DNA of 64,000 nucleotides from Heterodontus francisci (taxonomy: Eukaryota): the NCBI RefSeq assembly GCF_036365525.1, contig NC_090409.1:39318437-39382436 (forward strand), written 5' to 3'. Below are positions 11,616-24,969 of the stretch, one piece after another. The position numbers were made by a program, and so were the translations under genes. Positions within the stretch are counted from its first letter, which is position 1. Every line of letters starts with the position of its first letter. Under the pieces are notes generated by a model. That model did not search any database. It was not told the origin of the DNA and saw only the letters and a program-made list of their open reading frames with translations.

Positions 11616-14600
11616 GTATTGTCAGTGTCTCACACCCGGGGGGTCAGTCATGGGGAGAGGGACCATGGACTGTTTCAGGGCTGCTCCCGGTCTCAATGTG
11701 TCTCAGAGCCGGGAGGGAGGGGAGTCAGTAATGTGGAGAGGGACCATGGACTGTGTCAGGGCTGCTCCCGGTCTCAATGTGTCTCAGAGCCGGGAGGGAG
11801 GGGGGTCAGTAATGGGGAGAGGGACCATGGACTGTGTCAGGGCTGCTCCCGGTCTCAATGTGTCTCAGAGCCGGGAGGGAGGAGGGTCAGTAATGGGGAG
11901 AGGGACCATGGACTGTGTCAGGGCTGCTCCCGATCTCAATGTGTCTCAGAGCCGGGAGGGAGGGGGGTCAGTAATGGGGAGAGGGACCATGGACTGTGTC
12001 AGGGCTGTTCCCGGTCTCAATGTGTCTCAGAGCCGGGAGGGAGGGAGGTCAGTAATGGGGAGAGGGACCATGGACTGTGTCAGGGCTGCTCCCGGTCTCA
12101 ATGTGTCTCAGAGCCGGGAGGGAGGGGGGTCAGTAATGGGGAGAGGGACCATGGACTGTTTCAGGGCTGCTCCCGGTCTCAATGTGTCTCAGAGCCGGGA
12201 GGGAGGGGAGTCAGTAATGTGGAGAGGGACCATGGACTGTGTCAGGGCTGCTCCCGGTCTCAATGTGTCTCAGAGCCGGGAGGGAGGGGGGTCAGTAATG
12301 GGGAGAGGGATCATGGACTGTGTCAGGGCTGCTCCCGGTCTCAATGTGTCTCAGAGCCGGGAGGGAGGAGGGTCAGTAATGGGGAGAGGGACCATGGACT
12401 GTGTCAGGGCTGCTCCCGATCTCAATGTGTCTCAGAGCCGGGAGGGAGGGGGGTCAGTAATGGGGAGAGGGACCATGGACTGTGTCAGGGCTGCTCCCGG
12501 TCTCAATGTGTCTCAGAGCCGGGAGGGAGGGGGGTCAGTAATGGGGAGAGGGACCATGGACTGTGTCAGGGCTGCTCCCGATCTCAATGTGTCTCAGAGC
12601 CGGGAGGGAGGGGGGTCAGTAATGGGGAGAGGGACCATGGACTGTGTCAGGGCTGCTCCCGGTCTCAATGTGTCTCAGAGCCGGGAGGGAGGGAGGTCAG
12701 TAATGGGGAGAGGGACCATGGACTGTGTCAGGGCTGCTCCCGGTCTCAATGTGTCTCAGAGCCGGGAGGGAGGGGGGTCAGTAATGGGGAGAGGGACCAT
12801 GGACTGTGTCAGGGCTGCTCCCGGTCTCAATGTGTCTCAGAGCCGGGAGGGAGGGAGGTCAGTAATGGGGAGTGGGACCATGGACTGTGTCAGGGCTGCT
12901 CCCGGTCTCAATGTGTCTCAGAGCCGGGAGGGAGGGGGGTCAGTAATGGGGAGAGGGACCATGGACTGTGTCAGGGCTGCTCCCGGTCTCAATGTGTCTC
13001 AGAGCCGGGAGGGAGGGGGGTCAGTAATGGGGAGAGGGACCATGGACTGTGTCAGGGCTGCTCCCGGTCTCCATGTGTCTCAGAGCCGGGAGGGAGGGGA
13101 GTCAGTAATGGGGAGAGGGACCATGGACTGTGTCAGGGCTGCTCCCGGTCTCAATGTGTCTCAGAGCCGGGAGGGAGGAGGGTCAGTAATGGGGAGAGGG
13201 ACCATGGACTGTGTCCTGTCCCGGTTCAGAAATGGACATGAGCAGCAAGAAACTGTGGTAAAGGGGGGTAACTGTGTTTTCTTGTTGCAGGGACCCAACT
13301 TACAGAAACTCCTCCTCCTGCTGCTGCTGCTAAATGCTGTTGCTGCTGTTTCAGGTAAACGCTGTGACTGCTCTCACATTTCAGCAGAGCTCGGGGCTGC
13401 TGGTGATATGGATTATATCAGGATTGATCTTCCTGGATGGTGTTAACCTTGTGAATTTATACAGACTGCAGTTAGCTATCTCCTGGAAAGAACATTTGTC
13501 TGGGTGTCTGGGACTGAAATCAGTAATGTGTATATTACTGGGGAATCTTCTTCTTTGGCCTCCTTGTCTCGAGAGACAATGGGTAAGCGCCTAGAGGTGG
13601 TCAGTGGTGTCAGTCGCTGTGAGGCAACTATGGAGTGACCTCTCCATGGCGCATGCCTGGGCGAATGTATGGAGGTTGAGAGTTGCCCAAGCGTCAAAAC
13701 CCCCCTCTCGGCCTTTCTGGTGGGGTCCAAAGGAGTGCAGAGCACGACGTTTGGCACCGGTAGTATTCATTATATCAGGAATTCATCTTGCTTTAAGGTG
13801 CTGTGTTCACTGTGAGTGGGCCCATTGAGGGAGTGGACACAGTCGGTTCACATTACACATAATGATCATGAGACCTGAAAGGAAGGCAGTTAATGTCTTC
13901 AGATTAACCCCTGTGATGTGAACAGTGGAATCTGGACACTGAGTGTTAGTGAGAATGAATCTAGAAGAATCACTCGACACTTGGGTCTGCTCCAATGTCA
14001 AACGGTTTATTGAGTTACGCCAGCAGGGAGCAGGTCACTGGGCTGTCCAGATGCCCCTCCACTGAACAATGAAAAATCATCAATACTTATACATTTTCAA
14101 ACAGTTACTCAGCCCATCCTTTCTGGACATGGTCCAATCATAATGATTACAGATTCTCTCCATTGATTATTAAAGACCAATAGAAGTGGTTACCAGGTGT
14201 GAAAGGGGCTGCAGGACCAACCCATGGACAGATAGGGGATTACTCATGATGTTTTCCATTCCTTTCTAGTCCCCATCCTTGGTTCTCCTGTACGCACACC
14301 ACCTTATCTTAACCTTGTTACAGGCTGGTATCTTTGTCAGCATTCCACATGGACATCTGCTCTCCATTGAATAAGTCTTTGAATTTATGTTACTCAGTTC
14401 CTGTGTGGAATGTGGTCAAGTTGGCTAAACCCCATGATGCCTTGCAAACTCTTCATTGTTCACTAAAATTACGTTACGAGTTACTCAAATAACATTTAAA
14501 CAGGATGTTCTTTTCTGCAGGTGCCTCTGCGCTTGGGAATACCCGTCAACACTGAGCAACACTCGGTGACACTGGGATGGGGTCCTGAGCACTGGGATCA

Positions 14601-17600
14601 GGAGTCTGGGACAGTCCTGGATCAAATAGAACTGGGAATTGCCTCTGAGCATGGGGAGTAGGGTCATCAGGACTGGGGATTGTGTTTTGGGTCCTGGGAG
14701 GGGGCAGAGTCTGGCCGTATTGGGGTGAGGAGCAAGGTCTGACAGGTTAGTGGTGGAGGGAGATGAGGATCCACATTGCCTCGGCCCCTTTCAGACCATC
14801 AGGTGCTGCCTCACCCCCTACACAGTGTACTCATCCGTCATTGTCCCCCCAACCTGTCCAAAGCCCTTTCCACATCCTCGGGTACCCCCTCCCCCACCCG
14901 TTCCTGTCTTTACATTTCCGGGTCAGTTTTCTGCTCCTGAGCTCCACCTCACATTGTGCACCCCCAGTCTGTCATTGTTCTCCCAAAGGGGGGAGGTGGG
15001 CAGGGTGACCAATATCCTGATGTGTTCTCCCAGCATGTGTACAATGGGAAACACACGATTCGAAGTGCTGTCCAGCTGCTCTGTGGATACAAATATCCAG
15101 CACAAGCTGGTTTTAGTTGAAGGCCCTTAATGCCTGACCTTTAACCTTCCCACAGAAATGAAAGCAGTGAGTTACTGATCAGTGCTTCTTGTAAATCAAG
15201 CATCGCAGTGTAACCATGTGGAGCTTGGGATGGAATGTACCAGCAGGGAGGTTATATCTGTGGATAAATACTTTCAATCTTTTCCAGGTTACTTGCCTGT
15301 CCCAGTTTCTGGGTTCCTTGGGGAGCAGGTTGTGCTGCCCTGTATCTACAAAGGGAATGTCCCAGTCTCTGAGTTACAGCTAATTTGGTGGATATCCAAT
15401 CGTGAAATTTTACACAGATTTATCGATGGGAACGATGACTTAATACAACAAGACCCACGGTTCAGAAACAGAACAAACCTGTTCAAAGATCAACTGGAGC
15501 AAGGCAACTGGTCACTAATGATCTCTGACCTCAGGCAGTCAGACCAGAATGAGTATCAGTGTCAGATTTACAAGAGGATCGGTGAGCACTATCAATGGCA
15601 ACAAACTGATTCAGTCCATCTCTCTGTAACAGGTGAGTGGTTTCTGTTTCAGGTATTCTGCATTTACTCTCTGATTTTATGAGTACGGTAGTGCAGTGGT
15701 TATGTTACTGGACTAGTAATCCAGAAGCCTGGACTAATAATCCAGAGAACGTGGCTTCAAATCCCACCATGGCACTTTCAGAATTGAAATTCAGTTTAAA
15801 ATAAATCTGGAAATATAAAGTTGGTCCCAATAAAAGTGACCATGAAGCTGTTGGATTGTTGTAAAACCCAACTGGTTCACTAATGTCCCTCTCGGGAAGG
15901 AAACCTGCCGTCCTTACCCGGTCTGGTCTATATGTGACTCCAGTCCCACATTAACCTGGTTAACTTTTAACTGCCCTCTGATTTGCTCGGTTACTTCAAT
16001 CAGTTTGTATCAAACCACTAGAAAGAAAAAACAGACTAAAACTGAACAGACCACTGGCTGTGACCCAGACATCAAATCAGGACACAGGAAAGGCAAACCC
16101 AGCCCAGTTGACACTGCAAAGTCCCCCTCGCTGACATCTGGAAATTGGTCTCCATGTTAGGCGAGCTGTGTGACAGTCATACTCACAGAATCAACCCTCC
16201 AACCCAGACTCCTCTATCACCATCCCTGGGTATGTCTTGTCCCACTGGCAGGACAGACCCACCCGAGGTGGGGGCACAGTGGTATCCAGTCAGGAGGGAG
16301 TTTTTTATTCTTTTGCTGCATTTGCTGACAATGCATCCACTCGGTGTCGCAATACTTGCACATGTGAAAATGCAGCCTGATCCACTGAAACGTCGCTGTC
16401 TGTGACCTTTTTGGCAGCTGCCAGTAATAAAGATGGCGACGCTCAATTTATCACAAAACAAATGAAACACAAATGCCCACAGTGGCTGTGATCACTGCCT
16501 CCATCACACCCCCAACAGTACCTCGCTCCCTCCTGCCATCACCACCTCCATCCCACCCCCAGCAATACCTCGCTCCCTCCTGCCATCGCCACCTCCATCA
16601 GTACCTCGCTCCCTCCTGACATCACTACCTCCATCCCACCCCCAGCAGTACCTCGCTCCCTCCTGCCTTCGCCACCTCCATCCCACCCCCAGCAGTACCT
16701 CGCTCCCTCCTGCCTTCGCCACCTCCATCCCGCCCCCAGCAGTACTTCGCTCCCTCCTGCCATCGCCACCTCCATCCCACCCCCAGCAGTACCTCGCTCC
16801 CTCCTGCCATCGCCACCTCCATCCCACCCCCAGCAGTACCTCGCTCCCTCCTGCCATCGCCACCTCCATCCCACCCCCAGCAGTACCTCGCTCCCTCCTG
16901 CCATCGCCACCTCCATCCCACCCCCAGCAGTACTTCGCTCCCTCCTGACATCACTACCTCCATCCCACCCCCAGCAGTACCTCACTCCCTCCTGCCATCA
17001 CCATCGCCATCCCACCCCCAACAGTACCTCGCTCCCTCCTGCCATCACCACCTCCATCCCACCCCCAGCAGTCCCTCGCTCCCTCCTGACATCGCCATCC
17101 CACCCCCAACAGTACCTCGCTCCCTCCTGCCATCGCCACCTCCATTCCACCCCCAGCAGTCCCTCGCTCCCTCCTGACATCGCCATCCCACCCCCAACAG
17201 TACCTCGCTCCCTCTTGCCATCGCCACCTCCATCCCACCCCCAACAATACCTCGCTCCCTCCTGCCATCATTGCTGCCTACCGCAGCAGTCTACTCACCA
17301 CTTGCTCCTGGCATCGCTGCTTCATTCCCTCTGCCATCCCTCTGCTCCCCTCCCCTGCTTATCTTTTCTGTCTCTGTGCGAGGAAGAAAGGCAGCAATCG
17401 CGGGACGGAGTGGGGAGGCTGGAGTGAATGGCCCACAGATAGGTGGAGGTGTGAAGCGTGGAGTGAGTAGGTGGGGGGGTGGGTGGTGGAGGGCGGAGAT
17501 GAAGCGAGGCTGGGGGTGAGCGGTGAGCAGACATTGCAGTACACAATGATGTTTGAGCGTAGACATGAGTAAGTCCTGGTAAACCGGGTGCTGACGTAGA

Positions 17601-19941
17601 CTGCACATGGGCAGCACTGTACGAACAGCAAGACTCTGATCTGCACATGTGTGAAGCTGGGAGCTTCTGATGTTGGCAGTGGGTTGCGTTGTCAGCAGTC
17701 ACTTTGTTTTATTTTATTCATGTTAGTGGGATGTCTGCGTCACTGGCCAGGCCAGCATTTATTGCCCATCCCTAATTGCTGTTGAACTGAGTGGCTTGCT
17801 CGGCCATTTCAGAGGGCAGTTCAGAGTTAACCATATTGCTGTGAGTCTGGAGTTACGTGTAGGCCAGACCAGCAGATTTCTTTCTCTAAAGGACATTCAT
17901 GAACAAATCGACTGTTTTCATGGTCACCATTATTCTAGCTTTTTATTTTAAATTACTGATTTTATTAATTAAATTCAAATTTCACCATCTGCTGTGGGTG
18001 GGATTCAAACCCCTGTCCCCAGAGCATTCACCTGGGCTCTGGAGTACTAGTCCAGTAACAGTCCCACTACACCCCACCAGTTCCCCATAGGCCCCAGGAC
18101 TCCTCAGCATTGAAGTCAGTGGAAAGTAATACTGATCCCATTGTAAACCAGCGTTCCATCCAATCCTGTGGTTTACCCAAACAGCAAATTATTTTAAATT
18201 CCTGCTCTATTTCAGCGGGCTGTTGGGTTTAATTAAAGGGAGGCTGCTGCTGGTCAGGGTCTGGTTATCTCCATTGGAAACCATGTATTGATCACATTGT
18301 GGGTGTGTAAGAAAGTCGAGCTGTGGGGTGGCTTCCTGTGTCTGTGGCTGTTTATTGGTGTTTAATCTCCCACATCCCTCCAGGACTAGAATTGACCAGG
18401 GATGTGTTTGCACTGGGGATGGTTCTGAAACACTAGGTGCTGACAGTCTCTGCTGTTAGTTTTGTTAGTGTGTCCCAGTCTGTTAACAGCTTCATTCTGT
18501 CTCTAGGTCCTGGACCCTCTACTGGATTGGTAGTTGGATTGGTCATCGCAATTCTGGTTCTTGTTTGCATAATTCTTGTTCTTCTTTGCATAATTCTGGT
18601 TTTCATAATCCAAAACCGACAAAGATGGTGAGTTCCAGAATGATCTGCAGTTCCCATTGTTAATTCTAGTTTTGTTTTATTATATTTGGTGTTGTGGAAA
18701 TGTTGTGTACACTGATACACTTTGTGCTGTGTAGGATGTTTCAATGCTGCATTATCCAGTCACTTCCAGCTTGTTGTCATCCTCTAGCTGCTGAACTGAA
18801 GGTGAAGAGCAGGAATGTGCGGCTCCCTCTATCACACAGTTAATAGACACTCGCCTAATCTCTGCAGCAAACAACTCACCAGCCTACACCTAAAATCCCC
18901 TTGTCCCCTCTCCTCTGACTTTTCACCAGCCTCTGATCCTTGCTCTGTTCCCCAGTCACTGACTCCATCCCCTTCCCTGGCCACTGTCTGAGGCTGAACC
19001 AGACTGTTCACAACCTCGGAGTCCTATCAGACCCTGAGCTGAGCTTCTGACTCCATATTCTCCCATCACTCAAATCCCACCTACCTCCGCTTCTGTGATG
19101 TACCCTGTGTCCACTCTCATCCCTTGACCTGACCATCAGTGGTTTTGATCACTAACAATAAAATATGTTGCATTTCTCTGCCTCCCTCAACATCCACATC
19201 TCCCTGCCCATCTCTTGCCCATCTGCCAGTTGTGGGGGGGAAACTATTGCAGATTCTCTAACTCTGTCCTCTGACTCTTTTTTCCCCATCACAATATTTC
19301 TGCCTCCGTCAGCCTGTTTGGTCACTGCTGGGTCGGGTTTGATCACATCAGGGAATATCCTGTCCATCTGACTCCTCTCAATAATTCAGGATCAGTCTGG
19401 AGAGTACGGACATTCCCAGCCTCCTCCTGTCTGATCTGATCCCCATCATCTTCAGCTCAGTGTTAACTGAGATCCTCATCAATTCTTCTTAATCTCCAAT
19501 GTTGAGGTGAGCTGTCATTTTTCTATTGGTCTGGTTCCTCGGTTAGCACAGGTCCTGTGGAGTGTCCAGCTCTTGCCCATTGCCTCCTCTCCTCTGCACT
19601 CTGTGCTCCATCACCGTGCAGCTCCTGTGACCCATTTTCCAGCTGCCATTGGGGCCCAGGAGGTTGAGTGTAATTTAATCGGTCTGTGCTCCTGAACAGC
19701 TCCTTTACACACTTGTACAAAGTGTTGGATTCTTTTAATGTAACCTGAACTCTGCTGTTTTTTCCCTCCCAGGAAAGCGAACAAACACAACATCAATCAC
19801 AATGAAGCATCTAATGTCATCCCTTTGACAGGGGTGACTTGTTTAGGTAGCAAGGTCCCATGTTTCACAACAGCACCTGAGCATCAGAATGGAGCAGCTG
19901 GAGAACAAAACCTTCTGGGGAACGGGGCTGTCCAGCACTAA
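11595..19941 (+). CDS. Gene A: single-IgV B7/butyrophilin-like type I membrane protein, 239 aa; join(11595..11615,13291..13354,15288..15632,18507..18627,19773..19941)
   Basis: All introns GT-AG, phases 0,1,1,2; 720 nt with stop. Signal peptide, V-set, GPGPST stalk, TM, tail ending GNGAVQH. The V motif QDPRFRNRTNLFKDQLEQGNWSL resembles CD276/VTCN1/BTN V domains; orthology cannot be assigned by eye. Confidence 0.85.
11644..13214. repeat. 81-bp minisatellite in gene A intron 1 (about 19.4 units)
   Basis: Unit TCAGTAATGGGGAGAGGGACCATGGACTGTGTCAGGGCTGCTCCCGGTCTCAATGTGTCTCAGAGCCGGGAGGGAGGGGGG; 27-aa periodicity in ORFs 11500..13446 and 11595..13241. Confidence 0.97.
13291..13354 (+). CDS. Gene A exon 2: signal peptide
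   Basis: ttttcttgttgcag acceptor, G|gtaaac donor; GPNLQKLLLLLLLLNAVAAVS(G). Confidence 0.87.
13548..13760 (-). mobile_element. RTE-like LINE 3' end, specific to gene A
   Basis: Minus-strand ...IVSRDKEAK then GAAGAAG tail; absent from the homologous intron of B (about 39730), D and E. Confidence 0.55.
13944..14551 (-). mobile_element. Solo LTR (608 bp) in gene A intron 2
   Basis: TGTT...AACA termini, 5-bp TSD CTGAG (13939-13943, 14552-14556); empty site with a single CTGAG in gene B at 39553-39557. Confidence 0.85.
15288..15632 (+). CDS. Gene A exon 3: Ig V-set domain
   Basis: ttttccag acceptor, G|gtgagt donor, 345 nt, phase 1-1; within ORF 15182..15682; sequons NRT and NWS. Confidence 0.92.
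16500..17270. repeat. 47-bp C-rich minisatellite in gene A intron 3
   Basis: Unit CCCCAGCAGTACCTCGCTCCCTCCTGCCATCGCCACCTCCATCCCAC with shorter variants; inverted counterpart at 34518-35250. Confidence 0.92.
18507..18627 (+). CDS. Gene A exon 4: stalk and transmembrane segment
   Basis: ttctgtctctag acceptor, TG|gtgagt donor, phase 1-2; GPGPSTGLVVGLVIAILVLVCIILVLLCIILVFIIQNRQR(W). Confidence 0.9.
19773..19941 (+). CDS. Gene A exon 5: cytoplasmic tail to stop
   Basis: gttttttccctcccag acceptor, phase 2; KANKHNINHNEASNVIPLTGVTCLGSKVPCFTTAPEHQNGAAGEQNLLGNGAVQH*; frame conserved in gene B despite a 6-nt indel. Confidence 0.8.
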
Positions 19942-20239
19942 CTGAGTTTACACTGCACTGAGCCTGGGTCAGGGAGGGAAAATCAGCCCAGTATTGTGGT
20001 TATCCAGTGAATCCTGGTGGAAAGTCTGAGATCGGGATCAACAATCACTTCCCACTCTGTACAAATCCCTCTGACCAGCAGAGTCTTGAGATAATCACCC
20101 AATGAAAGTTTTGTCCCGTTACTCGAAAACCTGTCCGATTGATATTTCATTGTATCTCAGTATTACTGATACAGTGTCCAAACCCAGTCTCAGGAACACA
20201 CAGGACCAACTTCAGCTGTGTAACCCATTGATCACTCCC

Positions 20240-23200
20240 TGTGTGAGATGGTAACTTCCAAAGTATCCAAATGATGAGCGAGTGGTTTTATGAAAGTGAC
20301 TCTGTTTTCCTAAATAATTTTTTTAAAAAAAGGAATTTCTAGTTAAGCTAAGTAAATGTTTTTTTAATGAAGAGGACAATGAGGGCTGATTGACCAGTGT
20401 TGCTCTTTGTCACCTGGCTGGGCTCGGCTTTGAACAGAAGCCATGGCAACAGAGGCAGAAATTGACAAGCCCAGTAACAACAGACAAGATCTGGGTGGGC
20501 AGAGAACTGCCAAGCTGTTTGGTTGTTCGTCAGTGCGTGTGTGATACCTTCTGGAAGGAGACAAAAGTCAAATGCTGCTGAAGTGCCAAAGAAGGACAGA
20601 AAAAGGAAAGAATTCCAAGGAAGAACAGAAGACTACAACCCAGTGCTTTTACTTGCAACTCCCTCAAAGATTCTGAAGTTCAGTGTGTTAATTTGTCTTG
20701 TTCCTGCATTTCAACAAGGCCTGCTAATTTGCTTTTCAACACCGCCTGAAGAGAACTAATTCTGGAAGAATCCTTTTTAACAGTTGCTCGGACGTTGGAC
20801 TGTCTGCAAGTTTGGTGCAGTGCGTCTCATCTGCTATTCTTTTAGGGTGGACACGTGATCTATTTGTGTTTTTGTCTGTAACAGAGCTCTAATCTAAAAA
20901 TTCTTTTTATTTTTCCAGTTGACCGATATATGTATAAGAATATATGAACATATGAATTAGGAGCAGAAGTAGGCCATTCAGCCCCTTGAGTCTGCTCCGT
21001 CATTCAATAAGATGTGTTTGTGTCTCACATCCCACACTCCCATCTACACCTCCCCCACCGCCCCCCATAACCTTTGATTCCCTTGTCTAACAAGAATCTA
21101 TCTGTCTCCACTTTAAATATATTCAATGATTCCGCCTCCACCACTTTCTGAGGCAGAATATATGTATATATGACTTTATTAAAAAAAAAACTTCAGGTTG
21201 CATATTCAAAAATATGCTGGTATTTTTCTTTAGCTTTTTTTAAATAAAATTGTTAATTTTGGACTGTTAAGAGGGCTGGTTAGTGTGTTCTATTCTGGGG
21301 AATAATAGTGTGGGGAAACTTTTAAAGAATATGCTGTGACCTGTGGAGAAGTGGGACTGAATTAACAGTGCACACCTCCTGCTTTGGTCATATCAATATT
21401 TATTTGGGGGCTCTCTTTTTCCAGGATAAACCAACGCTGACCAAGTTCAATTGTAAGTGGGTTATAATAATTGGAAAAGGGAATATAAAAAGAACCAGGT
21501 TTCGTGTGTCATGGAGTAACATTTACACCACTGGAATGTCTTTAACAGCAGCTGCAACTTGTCTGGGGAAGGTGAATGTATCCCTCAGTGATTTGAGATA
21601 CTTAACCAAGATGAAATTAAAGGATTTGGCAGACCTGTTGACATTAGAGTTACAACCAGGGGCGAAGAAAGCAGGAATAATTGACATAATAGCCCTACAT
21701 TTGAAATTGGAAGAAGAAAGCAAACCAGAGGGTAATGCAGTTGAATTAACTAAAATTCAGTTACAGACAAAGCAACTGGAGCTTCAACAAGAAACAGAAT
21801 TGGAAAAAACTTGAGGCTGAAGAAGAAATGTCAGTGGAAAAACTTGAATTTGCAAAAGAGGAAAGTGAAAAAGGGAGAGCATTTCAGAGAGAAAGAAAGA
21901 TGGGGATTTGAATTTTTTTTTAAAAGCTGGAACTAAAGTAACAGGGTGATCCTGACTCCAGGAAGAATCTAAGTCCAACCCAGGACACAGTGAAAAGCTG
22001 TTTAAATTGATACAAGCTCTCCCTAAGTTTGAAGAAAGGGACGTAGAGGTATTTTTCATTGCTTTTGAAACGATAGTTAAACAAGTGAAATGGCCAAAGG
22101 AAAGCTGAACACTGCTTATGCAAATCAGGTTGATGGGCAGAGTTCATGAACTTTATGCCATGCTTTCTGCAGAGGCTTCCACAGATTGAGATGGTAAAAA
22201 AGGCCATTCTCACTGCGTACGAGTTAGTCCCTGAAGTTTACTGACAGAAGTTTCAGAACCTCTGGTGATTGGCTGGGCAGATTAACATAGAATTTGAGAG
22301 GGTAAAACAAATTAATTTTGATTGTTGGATACGAGCATTAAAGATGGAAACCACGTATGAGAACCTTAGAGAACGGATTCTCCTGGAAGAATTTAAGAAT
22401 TCACTCCCTCCAGTTGTAAGAACTCGGGTAGAGAATCAGAAGGTTTCAACAGCCGACAGGCAGCAGAAATTGCTGCTGATTGAGTTTGTGTATAAACTCA
22501 AACCCTTTGTCCGTCACCTCCACAAACCCAAGCAGGATAGGAGGTGGGAGAGTGAAAGGAAGGCAAGTAGCCGGGGACAAGAATGGACAGCTGGGAATGC
22601 ACCAGGATCTCCTCCTTGGTCCAGAAAAGAAGATGCTGAGGGTGGGAGTGAGGTCCGCAAGCCTAAATGTTACCATTGTCACAAGGTGGGACATATTCGA
22701 GCAGATTGCTGGAAGTTGTGAATTAAACCCATGGGATTTAATACGGTGCATAAAGACAATGAAGAGAAAGAGGCCCTGACCGAGCATGTAGATCAGGCTG
22801 TAGTTCTGACTGCAGCTGTAAGGACAAGTACAAAAACCACAGAGTGTAGGGGTTGTGAATAAGATACTGGAAATTCTTGTCAAAAGGAAAAGTAACTCTT
22901 ATCCCTCGAGTGAGGCAGGCAAACCTATAATTATACTTAGGGATACAGGAGCCACCCAAACGTTTGCTGGGAAAAGGCATAAAATTTGCACCAGAGAGTG
23001 CACTGAATGCTAATGTTTTAGTGAATGGTATTGATGGGGAGTGTATACCCCTACCTTAGAGTGTGATCTAATGTCTGGAATGGTAACTGTAGGAGTTGTT
23101 CATAGCTTGCCAGTAGACAGAGTTGATCTACTCCTGGGGAAAGATTCCAGGACTTTTTCCTCGTGTAATAACCCGAGCAATGGCTAAACAAGTTCCATTG

Positions 23201-23735
23201 TCGGAGGTAAAATTGCCACCACAGTCAGGTAGTTGAATATATGAAACTATCTTTGGGGATTTAGATAATCCAAATGAAATATTTGATAAATCTTCTCTGA
23301 TCACAGCTCGGCTAGCTGACCCAGAGTTGAAGAATGTGACACAAACAGCTCTATCAGAAGCTGAGGTAAAAGGAGTTCCAGAAGGCTCTGATATTGAAAA
23401 TGGGATTGTGATGAGGAAGTGGAGACCTTCTCACAGACCTGTGGATGAAGACTGGACAGTTCTTCATCAGATAGTGGTATCTCTAAAGTATCACCGGGAA
23501 CTATTCAGGTTAGTGCGTGGGATTCCTCCAGCGGGACATATAGGGATCCGGAAGACCGAAACACATAGAAATCAACATTACAACTGGCCAGGTCATTCCA
23601 AGGACATGGTGCAGTTTTGTAAAATGTGCCATACATTCCAGATTGTGGGAAAACCACAACCTGCCATAATTCCCATCCCAGTTATTGGGGAACCATTTAG
23701 TAGGGTGTTGGTAGACTGTGTAGGACACTTAACAA
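20240..23735 (+). mobile_element. Decayed Gmr1-like Gypsy LTR retrotransposon (5' LTR, PBS, gag, protease, integrase N-terminus)
   Basis: LTR ends near 21395 (left edge uncertain); degenerate tRNA-Pro PBS TGGGGGCTC at 21405; gag PKFEERDVEVFF and AILTAYELVPE, knuckle CYHCHKVGHIRADC; protease LRDTGAT near 22940; integrase zinc region GHIGIRKT...CKMC in ORF 23327..23872, with no room for RT before it. Confidence 0.8.
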
Positions 23736-23985
23736 AAAGTAGTAGAGTTGGTGAGGGGGAGCCAATGGATGTGGTTTATTTGGAATTTCAGAAGGCTTTC
23801 GACAAAGTCCCACATAAGAGATTAGCGTGTAAAATTAAAGCACATGGGTTTGGGGGTAGTGTATTGCGATAGATAGAAAATTTTTTGGCGGACAGGAAAC
23901 GAAGAGTAGGGATAAATGGGTCTTTTTCCGAATGGCAGGCAGTGACTAGTGAGGTACCACAGGGATCGGTGCTCGGACCCCAGCT
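23735..23985 (+). mobile_element. CR1 RT fragment truncating the Gypsy element
   Basis: DVVYLEFQKAFDKVPHKRL fused in frame to the integrase fragment. Confidence 0.8.
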
Positions 23986-24029
23986 AACCAGTGCAAGCCT
24001 GATTAAAAAAACAGGTTTGCACTTGCTGC

Positions 24030-24365
24030 TGTTCAATATTCAGTCCGTTAACACCTAATCTGTACTAATGCTTTCTCTTTCAACACACCATTAACATATT
24101 GTTTGTCTTTGCTCCATGACCTTTTGGTCAGCTATGTGGCCTTGTCCAATCTTCACCTTCTCCTTTGTTATCTCTTGCCCCACCCCCACCTCACTTGCTT
24201 ATAACCTGTGACTTTTCTAATATTTGTCAGTTCTGAAGAAGGGTCACTGACCTGAAACGTTAACTCTGCTTCTCTTTTCACAGATGCTGCCAGACCTGCT
24301 GAGTGGTTCCAGCATTTCTTGTTTTTATTTCAGATTTCCAGCATCTGCAGTATTTTGCTTTTATT
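24030..24365 (+). mobile_element. Penelope-like tail with hammerhead motif (24229-24265)
   Basis: AGTT-CTGAAGA-AGGGTCACTGACCT-GAAA-CGTT-AACT; matches the 3' part of the GIY-YIG-bearing copy at 51350-51640. Confidence 0.65.
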
Positions 24366-24969
24366 GCTCCGTTTCTAGTTCAGCTTGGACCGCTGCGCCA
24401 TCTAGTGCTGAACTCCTTTACTACAGGAACCGGACTCTGCGTTGATCTGTCCTCCCTCCCTTTGCTATTAATCTCCTCTGGGTCTGTCACCCTGCGACGA
24501 TGAAGGGTTTTGATGGAGTAAAGAGGGAGAAACTTTCCAGGAAGGAAAGGAGGGAGACATTACACTGCCATCAAAAACTCTGCTGCCCCGTATCCTAACT
24601 CACACCAAGTCCCGTTTATCCAACACCCACTTCCCCGCACTGTGCCATGTGAAACATCTTGTGATGTTCTATTACATTAAAAGTGCTATATAAATGCAAG
24701 TTGTTGTTATGTGAATACAAACTCTTCTCTCAGTTCCGCCTCATGGCCTGGAACCCAGCTGTCTCCAAGCTGGTTCTCACCCATCCCTGTTTTTGTGAGA
24801 TTGTGACTCTGTATTTCTGTGGGAGAATTATCATCCTTTCATTATTCTTGGTATGAACACCATATCCCAGCCCTTCCAATGACCCTGTGGCTAAAGGACC
24901 ATCTGGTGCCCTAAGGGAAAAGATCCCTCAGCCAGAGCAGCAGCTAATATTGATCTCAGTACTCTGAGT

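Noticed and set aside
11500-13446. 648-aa and 548-aa ORFs with 27-aa repeats, and the similar ORFs at 39835-45660 and 62218-62935
   Set aside because: The 81-bp unit is a multiple of 3 with no stop in two frames. The array lies between a good donor and acceptor, is frameshifted many times in B and is absent in C.
14750-15130. Recurrent short ORFs shared between copies (e.g. 567..764, 38952..39257, 17899..18090/33692..33883, 48753..49160/61844..62104)
   Set aside because: Recurrence reflects recent duplication of intronic DNA; no recognisable domain or splice support
15288-15700. Rearranging antigen-receptor V segment (IgNAR/TCR-like)
   Set aside because: Each V exon already includes the G strand and ends in a splice donor; no heptamer-spacer-nonamer RSS, J motif or constant exon was seen
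11595-19941. Assigning the symbol CD276, VTCN1 or MOG
   Set aside because: Only family-level V-domain resemblance; no IgC and an unrelated tail, so orthology needs a phylogeny
23327-23872. Novel integrase-RT fusion protein
   Set aside because: Chance in-frame junction of a decayed Gypsy integrase and a CR1 fragment; stops on both sides
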